The notes under the pieces were generated by a model. The model was not told the origin of the DNA. It searched no databases and was given only the letters and a program-made list of their open reading frames with translations. Position numbers and translations under genes: made by a program. This document shows positions 1 to 10,569 of a stretch of 43,973 nucleotides of DNA, in pieces; the stretch's first letter is position 1, and each line of letters starts with the position of its first letter. This stretch comes from Enoplolaimus lenunculus (Eukaryota): contig JASANG010003910.1 in NCBI GenBank assembly GCA_030248215.1, positions 372,001 to 415,973 on the forward strand, written 5' to 3'.

Positions 1-173
1 GCCTAAGCCTAAGCTTAAGCCAACGCCTAAGCGTATGGATGAGCCTATTCCTAAGCCTAAGCCTAAGACTAAGCCTAAGCCTAAGCCTAAGCAAAAAAAT
101 TAGTCTAAAGCTTTAAGCTGACTCTATTATAGCCCCTCCGGAAAACGACGCGGTCCTGTTCTATACATGGGCC
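1..173. mobile_element. TTAGGC-repeat MITE, subfamily A (partial, at window edge)
   Basis: (GCCTAA)n followed by the TIR ...CCTGTTCTATACATGGGCC. Confidence 0.8.
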
Positions 174-440
174 AGTATGTTGATAGATAATAGTCTCGGT
201 CTCGGTCTCGGCAAGTGTCGGTATTTGACATTGGCAGGTCTCGGTTTTCTTGAGTCTCGGTGGTTTGGAACCGACACAAGAACTCGAGGATTTAGCAAAT
301 GCTGGTAGACCTGTAAAAAACAAAAGTTAATATTGTTGAAGCAAGTAAAGGCTGATGAAAAAATTTCGCTATGAATCTATGATGAATTTTCATAGTTACG
401 CAATAATTATTAGCAGATGTTCTGACAACAAACGAAAAAG

Positions 441-623
441 GGTCAATGTTAGTTTTAGGGCCGTAACAGTAGATTAAGCGTATTCCTAAGCCTAAGCTTA
501 AGCGTTGCAAAAGCGTATTCCTAAGCCTAAGCCTAAGCAAAAAAATGTAGCCTAGAATGTAAGTCTACTCTTTTACAGACAGACCAACCAGAAAACGGGA
601 CGGCTCTAAAAGTGACACGGGCC
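441..623. mobile_element. TTAGGC-repeat MITE, subfamily B
   Basis: TIRs GGTCAATGTTAGTTTTAGGGCCGT / ACGGCTCTAAAAGTGACACGGGCC with internal GCCTAA units. Confidence 0.75.
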
Positions 624-1147
624 CAAGCTTAGGTTTAGTTATAGGCAAATTTTTAAGCTGGTCGCTAATGTTTAGGCTTAGCTTTGGGGAAACAGCTTCA
701 TTTGATCATGTAAGCAAACAAGTCTTTAATTAGAGAAAGCTTGAAAAAATTATGCAATTCAAGTGCTGATGATCAAGGTGCCACCAGATATCCGGTTACG
801 GTGTAATATAACGCCACAATCTGATATCCGTATCCGGTTCCGGTATCCAGCAAAATAATATCCGGTGGCACCGTGCTCATGATGCATTTGCAACATTCAG
901 TGTGTATATATACCTAGACCGTCCAAATTGCCAAACTTTTGGAAATTTTTTGGTCTCGTAAATCAATATTTTCTTGGACTTCAATAAAAATCGGTATGAA
1001 ATTTTGCAAAAAATATCAAATTTAGAAACGCAATGTTCAGGAGTGATCATGAGTTGCCCAAATATGCTCAAAACTTTTGATAATTGTGATTCCGAAGATT
1101 TTTGATTTAACAAAAAATTGACGCTAAAATATTTTTTGTTATTTTAG

Positions 1148-1331
1148 TTTCGCTCTCGTTCGGCGTCGCAGAGTTATTTGCTGACGAGTCAAACAAAGTG
1201 AATTACACTAACGACTTGTACACATACCTAGCGAACCGTGAATTGGTGTGGATTTCGGTGACACTTGCAATAATTTGCTGCGTTTGGATTGCATACTTCA
1301 TATTTTGCGCGATCCTTATCATGTATTACCG
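1148..1331 (+). CDS. Internal coding exon of an uncharacterised membrane protein (upstream exons outside the window)
   Basis: ttttag acceptor at 1146-1147 and CG|gtatgc donor. Reads SLSFGVAELFADESNKVNYTNDLYTYLANRELVWISVTLAIICCVWIAYFIFCAILIMYYR, with a clear hydrophobic TM-like segment. The phase-2 end joins in frame to the exon at 2558. Confidence 0.7.
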
Positions 1332-2087
1332 GTATGCTATTTTTAAGGGCAGGTCTGAAAGAAATTCGCTCAAAACGACTCAAATATTGTGTCTTGGTAC
1401 AAAATTTCCAAATTGTTAACGTTGGTCCAGTGAGGCAATGAATCGGGCCTGTAGCCAGAGGTGGCTCAGCTCGCCACTAAAAAAATGTAGCCTGCCCCTA
1501 ATAATTTTCGACCTTCGTTGTTAGTCATTCAAAACCATTGTATGCCCCTCTTGAAAAATGTTTGTCTCCTCTTACAAGATGCGCGGGCTACGGATCTGCC
1601 TCGCCGTGGGTACGTGAGTAGCAAAAATGACTACGGACTGATGTAGACGAACTCCTCGGTCCCGCTGGTGTGCCTTGGCTAACTGAGCGTGATGAAGTAG
1701 TCTGGCATACAAACACTAGCACCAGTTAGGCATGTCATCGTGGCTCTGAATGGCAATGGATATAGATGGGCACCGGATATCCAGATATGAACAATATCCG
1801 GATAAGTATCCGAAATAAAACGTGTATCCGGATATCCGGATACATATCCGGCAATGCCCAACAACAGCAATCCGCATTTCCTTTTGAAAGTGTCCATTGG
1901 CCCTGTGGTCGAGTAGTGAGATGCGAATTGTTCACCGAAAGTTGCGCAGAATAACTCAACTAACAAAAACCCCGAAATGTTAAACTATTGTCACAAAATT
2001 GGAGAAATCCCAATGTTTCAAAATCCATACCATGTTTTTTTACATCAGAAGTATACTTCCAATATATGCGAAAAACTAGTTGGGTTA

Positions 2088-2534
2088 CTGTAGTGACCCG
2101 AATAAGAGGGTGGACTAATATTTATTTGGCCTCTCCAGAGGGTTCCCCCACAGTATTCGGTTACGGACCGTTATTTATTTTTAAGCCACGCTCCGCCACC
2201 CTTCGTTACTGATATGTATCCGGTAATGCAGTTATCCGTTGAATTTTAAACGTTTATTTGTCTTGTGTCAATAGTTTTAACAATCATGCAAGGTTATACT
2301 TAAGAATATACTTACGGAATTTAAGTACGCTTTAAAGTTTCGAACTCGAATTATTTGGTTTTGGAGTCATTTATGCGCTACAATTAGGATAATTGACATT
2401 TACGGACTTCAATTAGAGTTTAGGGACTCTATCGGCTTACAGACTCTTATCAGGGATAATGACTCCTATCGATTGGGACTCAAAACGAGGACCGCCTCAT
2501 ATTACCCAACACCCTCTTATTCGGTTCACTACAG
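2088..2534. mobile_element. TA-flanked MITE (Tc1/mariner-type), TIR CTGTAGTGACCCGAATAAGAGG
   Basis: TIRs at both ends with TA flanks. Related copies at about 28480-28869 (inverted) and 39580-39947. Confidence 0.8.
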
Positions 2535-2557
2535 TATATACTTTATGTATGCTTCAG

Positions 2558-3395
2558 GTACTTGAAAAGCAACAATTTCGGTTCAAATTCAAAATCGAGT
2601 TTACACAATCGTGAGGTTTGCGACGCCACAAACGAATGTGACGTAGAAATGGCCACCAATGTGGTCTCAATTCGGGCAACTGATACGCTGCCGTGTATTT
2701 CTCCGTTACACCAACACACATTTCCGACACCGCCTGCAAACGAGTATGATCGTCGTGATTTGACGTCTCCTTTGCAGCCGGTGCTCGAAAATGAATTTGA
2801 TCGAGACAAAAATGATGATGATGATGATGCTGATGATGATGAAGACCGAATTGACGAAGAAAGTGAAAAAGAAAACAATCAAATAACCGAAATAGAAAAT
2901 AGCGAAGAAAGTGAACAAGAAAATGAAAGAAACGATTTCGCCGTTGAGAACAAAGAACAAACAGGCGTGAGAAATACGATCGAAAATTACAATAATGATG
3001 AACAAGACGACGAGGAAGATGGTAATGATTTATTCGAAAACAATGACGTTGAAGAAAAATTTGAAAAACGAAAAAGTTCTCGCGATAGTAAAACAGCAGC
3101 AGATGGGTATCGTGAAGCGGCGGCAGATCAACCAGACACCGAAAACATTTTGGGAAAACAATCTGCAACGAATCAAGAAATACGTCAAAACGTGGAAATC
3201 AACGAAAAACCAGTGCTCGAGTCGCGACTATCCGGATCGACGCTTGAAGTGAAACGTGATATAATTCGCGAGTCCAGAGCGCATATGCACCCGTCCCGGG
3301 TATCGAATAAAGCTGATCAGGATGCCAGTTATGTTACGTCCCAGCAAAATACGCGAACTGCAAATAATTTACCACCGCTAAATACGAAGAAATAA
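2558..3395 (+). CDS. Terminal coding exon of the same membrane protein; long acidic, likely disordered C-terminal tail
   Basis: gcttcag acceptor at 2556-2557, phase-compatible with 1148-1331. About 278 open codons with a D/E/N-rich tract (DDDDDADDDED). Stop TAA at 3393-3395 with ATTAAA shortly downstream. Confidence 0.75.
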
Positions 3396-4026
3396 CGAAA
3401 AGTAATTTTGGCAAACAAATTAAAAAACTTAAAACATTTTAACCCATTCTCCGCATAGAGAATATATGTATATTATTAAAGCTGAAATGTCTTTCCAGGA
3501 ATAAGCACTACGTGATACACACAGTTGCAAGTATTACAACTGCTTTGACAATGGTATATGCTATGACCAGTTTAGCTTAGGTAGCGAGCGTGAAATACGC
3601 AACCCTTAAGACAAAAGCCTTAGGTTTAAAAACCGCTTTTATCCTTTCGCTTAACGAGTTAACGAAACATGCTGAACCCATAAATTGTCATAATACAGCT
3701 TCGTGTATTAACTCACACGCAGTGAATGCATGCTTGGTGAATACTGGGTGAAAATCATGGTGTAAACGGATATAAACGCAAATGGATAATGATCAAAATA
3801 ACGGAAACGGACCTTGAATTTTACCGGAAACAGATATCCGGTTACACCCAGGTGAAAATGTATTATTAAACCATATTGTATTATAACTGTAATTTTTTCA
3901 CAATTTCATCTGCTTTTAATATTTTTAAATAAAATCCGCAAACATTCGATTGAACTGCTGTTACTAATAACGGTGGGTTCAAGTACTTTCTTGTGCAATT
4001 ATTATTTGTTGTTGCTCAGTCTGATT

Positions 4027-4127
4027 TCACAAATTTGAGCGTTGAGCACCTCGCGAACATTTTGAGCAAAGCGTTTGAGTTGAGTTAAAAATAACTGATC
4101 GGTTAATTTCAGCAATGGTTCGACATC
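4027..4127 (-). CDS. HAO: Hydroxyacid oxidase exon 9 (last): GCRTIAEINRSVIF...RGAQRSNL*
   Basis: tttcag acceptor; phase matches exon 8. GCxxIxEI is the typical HAO C-terminal motif. Ends in the PTS1-like tripeptide SNL. Confidence 0.8.
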
Positions 4128-4750
4128 CTGAAACTCTGAATTTAGATCAAATATACTTGAATGTATATTTTGATTAGGTGATTTCACAACTTTTTCGTCC
4201 AATGCATAGAACAGGGCCGTAAAGGCTAAGCCTAAGCATAAGCTATGCGTAACAATGAGCTTATAATTATTCCTAACCTAAGCAAAATAATTAGCCTAAA
4301 GCTTAAACATTATTGCTCCATTGCAGTTCCGTTGAAAACAGTTCCGACCCTGATCTTTACATCGAACACATCTTCAATATGGCGTTTTATCTTTTGGATT
4401 GATTTTTACTGTGTTTTAAGGGTGTAAAATTTACCTTGTCAGGTAATGACGCGCTTCAAGAACTATCAATAGTGATATGCATGAATCTAAGACAAATCTG
4501 CGGCTAAGCAATGTTTTCGAGGTAACTCGTATATTTTATTAGTTTCTTTTAAATCTCTGTGCAAAAAATTTATAGTCACAATAACCGACACTTTATTTAA
4601 ATAAACAGTTTCATTTTCTATTTTTAGTCGAGTTAAAGTTTTCGTCCTCATATACATTTATTTTTGAAAAAGTTAGCGCAGATTAGCCTACGGTCTTCAA
4701 AGTATTGCTCGAACGTACAAATTCACTTTTGATTTATATCTTTCATACCG

Positions 4751-5104
4751 ACGACTTATTTTAAGTTATTTAAAATTTTCAAAGAGTTTGTCAAAATCTT
4801 AAAATGAACTACAGAAATAAACGCAATTTACGGGTATTTGTATGCCAAAGTATACTGATCAGAATATAAAAATCAGAAACAGATATAAAGCATGTAAAAT
4901 GTTTAAAATAAATCAATTAAGCAACGACTTATATTAAGTTGTTAGAAATTTTCAAAGAGTTTGTCAAAATCCTAAAAAGACCATGCATATTACAGAAATA
5001 AACGCAATTTACGGGTATTTGTATGCCAAAAGATACTGATCAAAATGCCAGAATCAGAAACAGATATAAATCGTGCAAAATGTTTAAAATAAATCAATTA
5101 AGCA
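4751..5104. repeat. Tandem duplication of about 175 bp in HAO intron 8
   Basis: 4751-4923 and 4924-5104 align throughout with scattered substitutions. Confidence 0.85.
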
Positions 5105-5109
5105 CTTAC

Positions 5110-5179
5110 CTAGCAACGCCATAGTCGTATCAAACTCGCGTCTTAGGATGTCAAACATTTTCTCAACACCAGTTCTTCC
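5110..5179 (-). CDS. HAO: Hydroxyacid oxidase exon 8: GRTGVEKMFDILRREFDTTMALL
   Basis: tttcag / gtaagt splice sites; conserved GxxGVxxxxxILxxEFxxxMAL motif. Confidence 0.92.
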
Positions 5180-5576
5180 CTGAAAAGCAAACAAAGACAT
5201 AAAATCCGAACAACTGAATTTTGTAAAGATTTTCAGCCCAGAAACGATAGACTGCGAGCTGTAGGTAAGGGTGATTCCCAAATAACTATATATACAAACA
5301 ATAACAGTAAATAAAAGCTTCACATTACAAAGCCTAACAAAGGCACGCATTGTAATAGACTAACATTAAAAATCGCTCCAGGCATTTGGATATAATCCGG
5401 TCTTCCCCTGACCATAACGCTAGAACACTAATGATAAAAGCATTGATTTTAATAATTTTGTTGATTGAATCAGCTCCAACTTTTCCAGCGGGCGTTTGCC
5501 CAGTACGTCATATGACCTTTCCAGTGTTCACCCCTGATAGCCGGTTTTATAAATTTCGCAAAATTTTTAAAATTAC

Positions 5577-5738
5577 CGAATCAGCCAAGGCCCACAATAC
5601 TGGGCGTCCTACGAACACCATTTTTGCTCCGAGTGCAATCGCTTTCAGAGCGCTGGTTCCGGACCGCACACCACCATCGATATATACTTCAGTGTTCGTA
5701 CCGGATACTGCATCAACGATTGATGGCAATGCGTCAAT
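5577..5738 (-). CDS. HAO: Hydroxyacid oxidase exon 7: [11 protein letters not shown]...[31 protein letters not shown]
   Basis: FMN-binding DGGVRxG and GRP motifs; AG/GT boundaries; 162 nt, phase 0-0. Confidence 0.95.
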
Positions 5739-5859
5739 CTAAGTACAACATAACAAAAATGCAGTCCTCATAAATTTGCAATTTCAAGTTGTTAAAAAAC
5801 ACCGTTGAGAAATAAGAAATATCCATAATAATAATAATGATAATAATAATAATAATAAT

Positions 5860-6526
5860 TGTCGGATTTGGATGGATTTAAATGTGTATTTGTGTGTGGG
5901 GGAGTAGTTGTGTACAGAAATTGGGACTATAATATGGGGAAAGCAGCACCAAGGAAATCCGAGAACTGTTGTGCTGCAAAAGGTACGGTCGCGATCTCCG
6001 GTAATTATTGTATGTGTGTGTGCTCCCTTACTCGCTGGCAACAACGACCGGGGAGTAAATTTTATTTACGCGCTACGGAACTTAGATAACTGTGTTGCCC
6101 AAAGGCGAAATACTTAATATCTAAGACGCAGCGCCTGCGCAAAATACTAATCCATGAGCTTAAGGCCTGGATTGATTTCTGACTTAAATCCAAAACTAAT
6201 ACGTACTTACGTTCATAGGCGCCGCGTAAGTAAAACTGTCGGCCCCGAACTGTTGTAATAAATACAACAGAAACAACAACATCATAAAATGCGTGGTGAT
6301 GACTATTTCGTCATCGCCACAATAAATACATAACAAAATAACAACATAGTACATGTGGTGATGACTATATCGTCATCACCACTAGCTAAGTCATTCAAAA
6401 CCAATAATAAAAATAAAATATAAAAACTATTATTTCAGGGCCAGAAACGCTTAGGCGGGTCCCAGGGGCGGTATGTAGCACAGCCAGGGGAGATTAGTGT
6501 GGCGCAGCAGACACTACGCCCCCACA
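5860..6526 (-). repeat. 3' LTR (667 bp, about 200 bp shorter than the 5' LTR)
   Basis: Direct repeat of 12386-13258; preceded on the minus strand by the polypurine tract. Confidence 0.92.
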
Positions 6527-6540
6527 TCCCCCCCGCTCTA
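6527..6540 (-). promoter_or_regulatory. Polypurine tract
   Basis: Purine-rich run (AGAGC, a G run, then A) directly abutting the TG start of the 3' LTR on the minus strand. Confidence 0.8.
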
Positions 6541-7001
6541 CCAAACGCCAACCCCTGGCGTTGTAACATTTAGATATTATTTATAATTCTGGCCTTGGCA
6601 CAGATAATCAACAATCACTGTTTTGTAATAGTTATTTTACATCAACTTCAACGTGACTGATGTCGTCTTTGATATCTGTTGCCTCGAAACGTTTTCCTTC
6701 CTCTGAAATATCTTCTTCCCGGATATTCCGGCTGTCTTTGTACTTGACGGCTTTGTCGTTGTCCGGGGCTTTCCAGTTGTTGTCGTTCTTCATCCGTGAT
6801 AAAGCTTGAGTACACTGTTATGGTACCCTCTCTGGTAACTGACTGTGTTGTCTGTCTTCTTGGTGGTGACGCCTATGTTGGCACTCTCTTGGTGTGTCTA
6901 GCATTAGAATAGCTTGTTTTAGCTGTCCCTACTTGCCTCCTTGAGAATTGAGAAATAAATTCACTTCTCGTTGTATTGATAATTCTTTCACTAGGGCAGA
7001 A

Positions 7002-10000
7002 TTATAATTTTGAATTTTCATTTATTGTTTTTAAACAATCTGGACAATACCAAATTGTTTGTGAAGGTTCCATATCTAAATTTACGCATTGGAAGTGGTA
7101 CCATTGTAGACAGAGATCACATTCGATCCAGTCTATTTCGAGACCACTAGCTACGTCGTCTGCGTAACTTCCTTGGCATTTTGCACATAACTCATGTTGT
7201 GCTTCTTCTTCACTTCGAACGGCACGGAGTTTATTTTCGTACGCTAGATAATCCTCTGGCGTACCTCCAAAATGTTTTACCAACGCTTGGTTATACCAAG
7301 TTTCTTTTCTTGTTGCCGTACCCAAATACTGTAATTTCAGATTTGGACCGTCTATTGCGTTTTGGGTCTAGCTTCTCACGTTTTTTCATGAGAACAATTT
7401 CCCCTATTTTAAAATGTCTACTTTTTGTTCTTTTATCGTAATATTATCCCAATTTTTAGAGTCAAGCTCTGTTACTGGTTTCAACATTTTTTGTAATGTC
7501 TGATTCCAGCGTTCCACCAACCCATTTGCTTGGTGGTGATATGGGGTACTATATACTGTTCTGGTACCCACGGCTGCCATTTCCGATTTATATAATTCGG
7601 AAATAAATGCGGATTCCTAATCAGATAGTATTATCCGAGGGACTCCATGTCTTGGGATTATATTGTCACAAATTAATTTTGTGATTGTCCTCGCAGTTTG
7701 ATCTGCAGTTGGAAATGCTTCAGGCCATTTGGTGTAGTAGTCCATGAAACAAATTATATATTTGTTACCAGTTGTTGTTTCTGGCAGTGGTCCAATGACG
7801 TCCACTGCCATCATATGGAAAGGCCGAATTGCCTTAATTGGATCCAAAGGATTTTTCAGATTTGGCCCTTGTTTAAATCTTGCACATGGTATGCACTTAT
7901 CTATATATACTTGAATGTCTTTTGACATTGTCGGCCAATAAAACTTGTGTTTTAATCAAATGATAGGCGTCCTCCGTATTTAGATGTGTGTGCTTGTTCT
8001 AGCAATACATCTCGAAATATTTTTGGTACAAATATTTGAAATTCGGGATCTTCAGAACGTTGCGGCGTTCTTTTTCTTTGTATAATGTATAATATATCAT
8101 TATACATTATGCATTTATGTTCATTATTATGTACCCAACGCCGTAACTCATCTGTTTCGGGTTGGATGTCATGCAATAAATATTGTATCATGGCACCAGC
8201 CTTTTCATCTTCTAGTTGTGCGTTTTTCAATTGTTCATACTCCCAAGGAGTTTCAATTTTGAAATAATATTCTTCATTTGCCTTTTCTTCTTCTGCATCC
8301 TTGGTCACAGTATTAATTGTGACTCGTACTATTGTTTCCTTTTCTAACGCTTTCATAATTTTTTGTTCTCTTTTTGTTACATTATCTAATACTTCTTGGG
8401 GAAGAGCATCTGCTTGCTCTTCTTCGTCCTCTAATATTGGAGGTCTGGATAAAGCATCGGCGTTTTGATGCTTCCGACCTGGCTTATATTGTATGGTAAA
8501 ATCAAATTCTTGCAATATTAATGAAAATCGTAATAATCTTGGTGTTAACGATTCTATTGGTTTTACTTTATTTAAAATTTGTGTTAACGGAACATGATCC
8601 GTTCTAACTAGTGTATGTGTACCTAACAAATATGGTCTAAATTTACTGAATGCTTTAACTATTGCAAGGCATTCCTTTTCTGTTATTGCATATCGCGCCT
8701 CTGTTGGCGAGAATCTGTGACTTCCAAAATGTATGACGTGTTCCAGTTCGTCTGATCCTTTTTGTGTCAAAACGAATCCTACTCCGTTTTGACTTGCATC
8801 TGTATCCAGGATAAATGGTTTTGTGTGATCAGGGTAGGCTAAAACAGTTGCTTGTGTTAGCAGCTGTTTTAATTTTTCATATGCCTTTTGGCAATCTTTA
8901 GATCATTGGTCTTGTATGTTCTTTCCTTTTTGATTACCCTGTGTAATTAGATATAGGGGATGTGCTACTAGTCTGTAGTTCTTGTCGAATTGTCTGTAAT
9001 AGCCTGTTAATCCCAAAAACGAACGTAATTCCGTTATTGTTTTGGGTGTTCGACAATTCTTAACCTTATTTATCTTGTCCTGATCTGGACTTATTCCACC
9101 ATTTGACACTACGTGTCATAGAAAGTGCACCTTTCGTTTTGCGAAAGTACACTTTTTAACTTTTACTGTTAGGCCTGCTTCTGTTAAACGTTCAAACACA
9201 CGCTCTAAATCGAACATGTGTTCTATGAATGTTTTTGAACATATTATTATGTCATCTAGATAGCATAGGCAGGTTTCCATTAGTAAGCCTGCAAACACCA
9301 TCTGCATCATTCTTTGGAATGTTGCAGGCGCGTTTGTTAAGCCAAACGGCATTACTTTAAACTCGAATAAGCCTTCGTGTGAAATGAACGCTGTTTTTCA
9401 ATATCAGCGTCATGCATTTGTATTTGCCAGTATCCTGACTGGAGATTGATTGTTGTGAAATATTTAGATCCTCTTAGTGCATCGATTGTTTCATCGATGC
9501 GCGGTAACGGATAACTATCTTTTTTCGTTACCTCGTTGACTTGTCTGTAGTCAACGCAGAATCTCCAGCTTCCATCTTTCTTTTTAACTAGCACTACTGG
9601 AGAAGCCCACGGGCTTCTAGATGGTTGAATTATGCCATCTTCCAGCATTTGCTTTATGCATTTCGACATTTCCACTCTTCTTGCATAAGCCGCTCGTCTA
9701 ACCTTTTGTTGGATCGGCTTATCTGTGTTGACCTCAATTGTATGTTTTACTACCCCTGTTGTTCCTAATTTCTTGTGTTCTTGTCCAAAAATGTCATTGT
9801 TTAAGTGTAATAATGTTTTCAAAAATTTTATTTGTTTTTCATCTAATTCTTTTTCATCTAATTGTACTCCCTCAGGGAGTATTTCATGTTCGAAATGGTT
9901 TATTAGTGTTATCTATCTGACAATGTACTATCATTGTCCTGCCCGGTTGTATTATTGTGTCCGTTTTTCTCTTGCATATCGAGGCTTCATTGTACTCGAC

Positions 10001-10540
10001 ATGTTCAGGCGTTTCATTTTTTGTTCCCGCCTGTTCAGGCGTCTCTTTTTCTGTTTCAGCCTTCTCTTTTTTATCAGGTATTTCGTTCGCCCTTTCTTGC
10101 GACGGTCTTTTCAAAATTATACGGGGAAATGGATTCTCCGTATATTTGTCCTCTATTTTGTTATTTTCTTTTTTATGATGTAATTTCCATGAAGGAATAC
10201 GGTTTCCTTCGATGACTACGGATTGTTGTGCATAGTCTAGCACCAATCCGAATGTGTTTAAGATATCATCTCCGAATATTAACCCCAATTGCATTCTTGG
10301 GGCTATATGTATCTTGACCAGTTTGCTTATTCCAGCAATTTCTATTTTTGTTTCAATGTAACCGAATGTTTTTTCCGTTAATCAATTGTCAAAAGATTTA
10401 CATGTTATTTTTATGTCTTCCTTTAGTGGAAGTTGTTTAAAGTATAATTCATATACTTCTTTGTGCATTAAGGAGACATCAGCTCCTGTGTCTAGCATTG
10501 CTGTTATAATGTAGTCTGCTATTCTTGCTTCTATATGAAA
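7002..10540 (-). pseudogene. pol: Gypsy pol (protease, RT, RNase H, integrase, PHD), disrupted
   Basis: PR LDTGADVS (~10470-10495). RT SPWASPVVLVKKKDGSWRFCVDYR, MPFGLTNAPATFQR and YLDD. RH LDTDAS, YAITEKECLA and RTDH. IN CxxC, VDVIGPLP, DYYTKWPEA, SD(stop)SAF and NGLVERWN. C-terminal C4HC3 PHD. Confidence 0.93.
7035..7187 (-). other. PHD finger domain (Cys4-His-Cys3) at the end of pol
   Basis: CAKC-x18-CDLC-x4-H-x2-C-x13-CPDC, with WIECD and WYH, and the conserved Trp two residues before the final CxxC. Confidence 0.9.
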
Positions 10541-10569
10541 CCCCGTGGGTTTGGAGTGATTCTTTATTA

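Noticed and set aside
1580..1700. HDV-like ribozyme (TCCTCG and GGCTAA motifs)
   Set aside because: Could not build convincing P1/P2/P3 pairings by hand; an Infernal or RNArobo search would be needed.
2543..3252. Overlapping antisense and alternate-frame ORFs over the acidic exon
   Set aside because: Shadow ORFs of the low-complexity + strand exon.
4683..4756. Alternative HAO last exon (GMKDINQ../KSEFVRSS)
   Set aside because: Needs a frameshift and has a poor acceptor. The 4027-4127 exon gives the canonical GCxxIxEI motif and a PTS1-like end.
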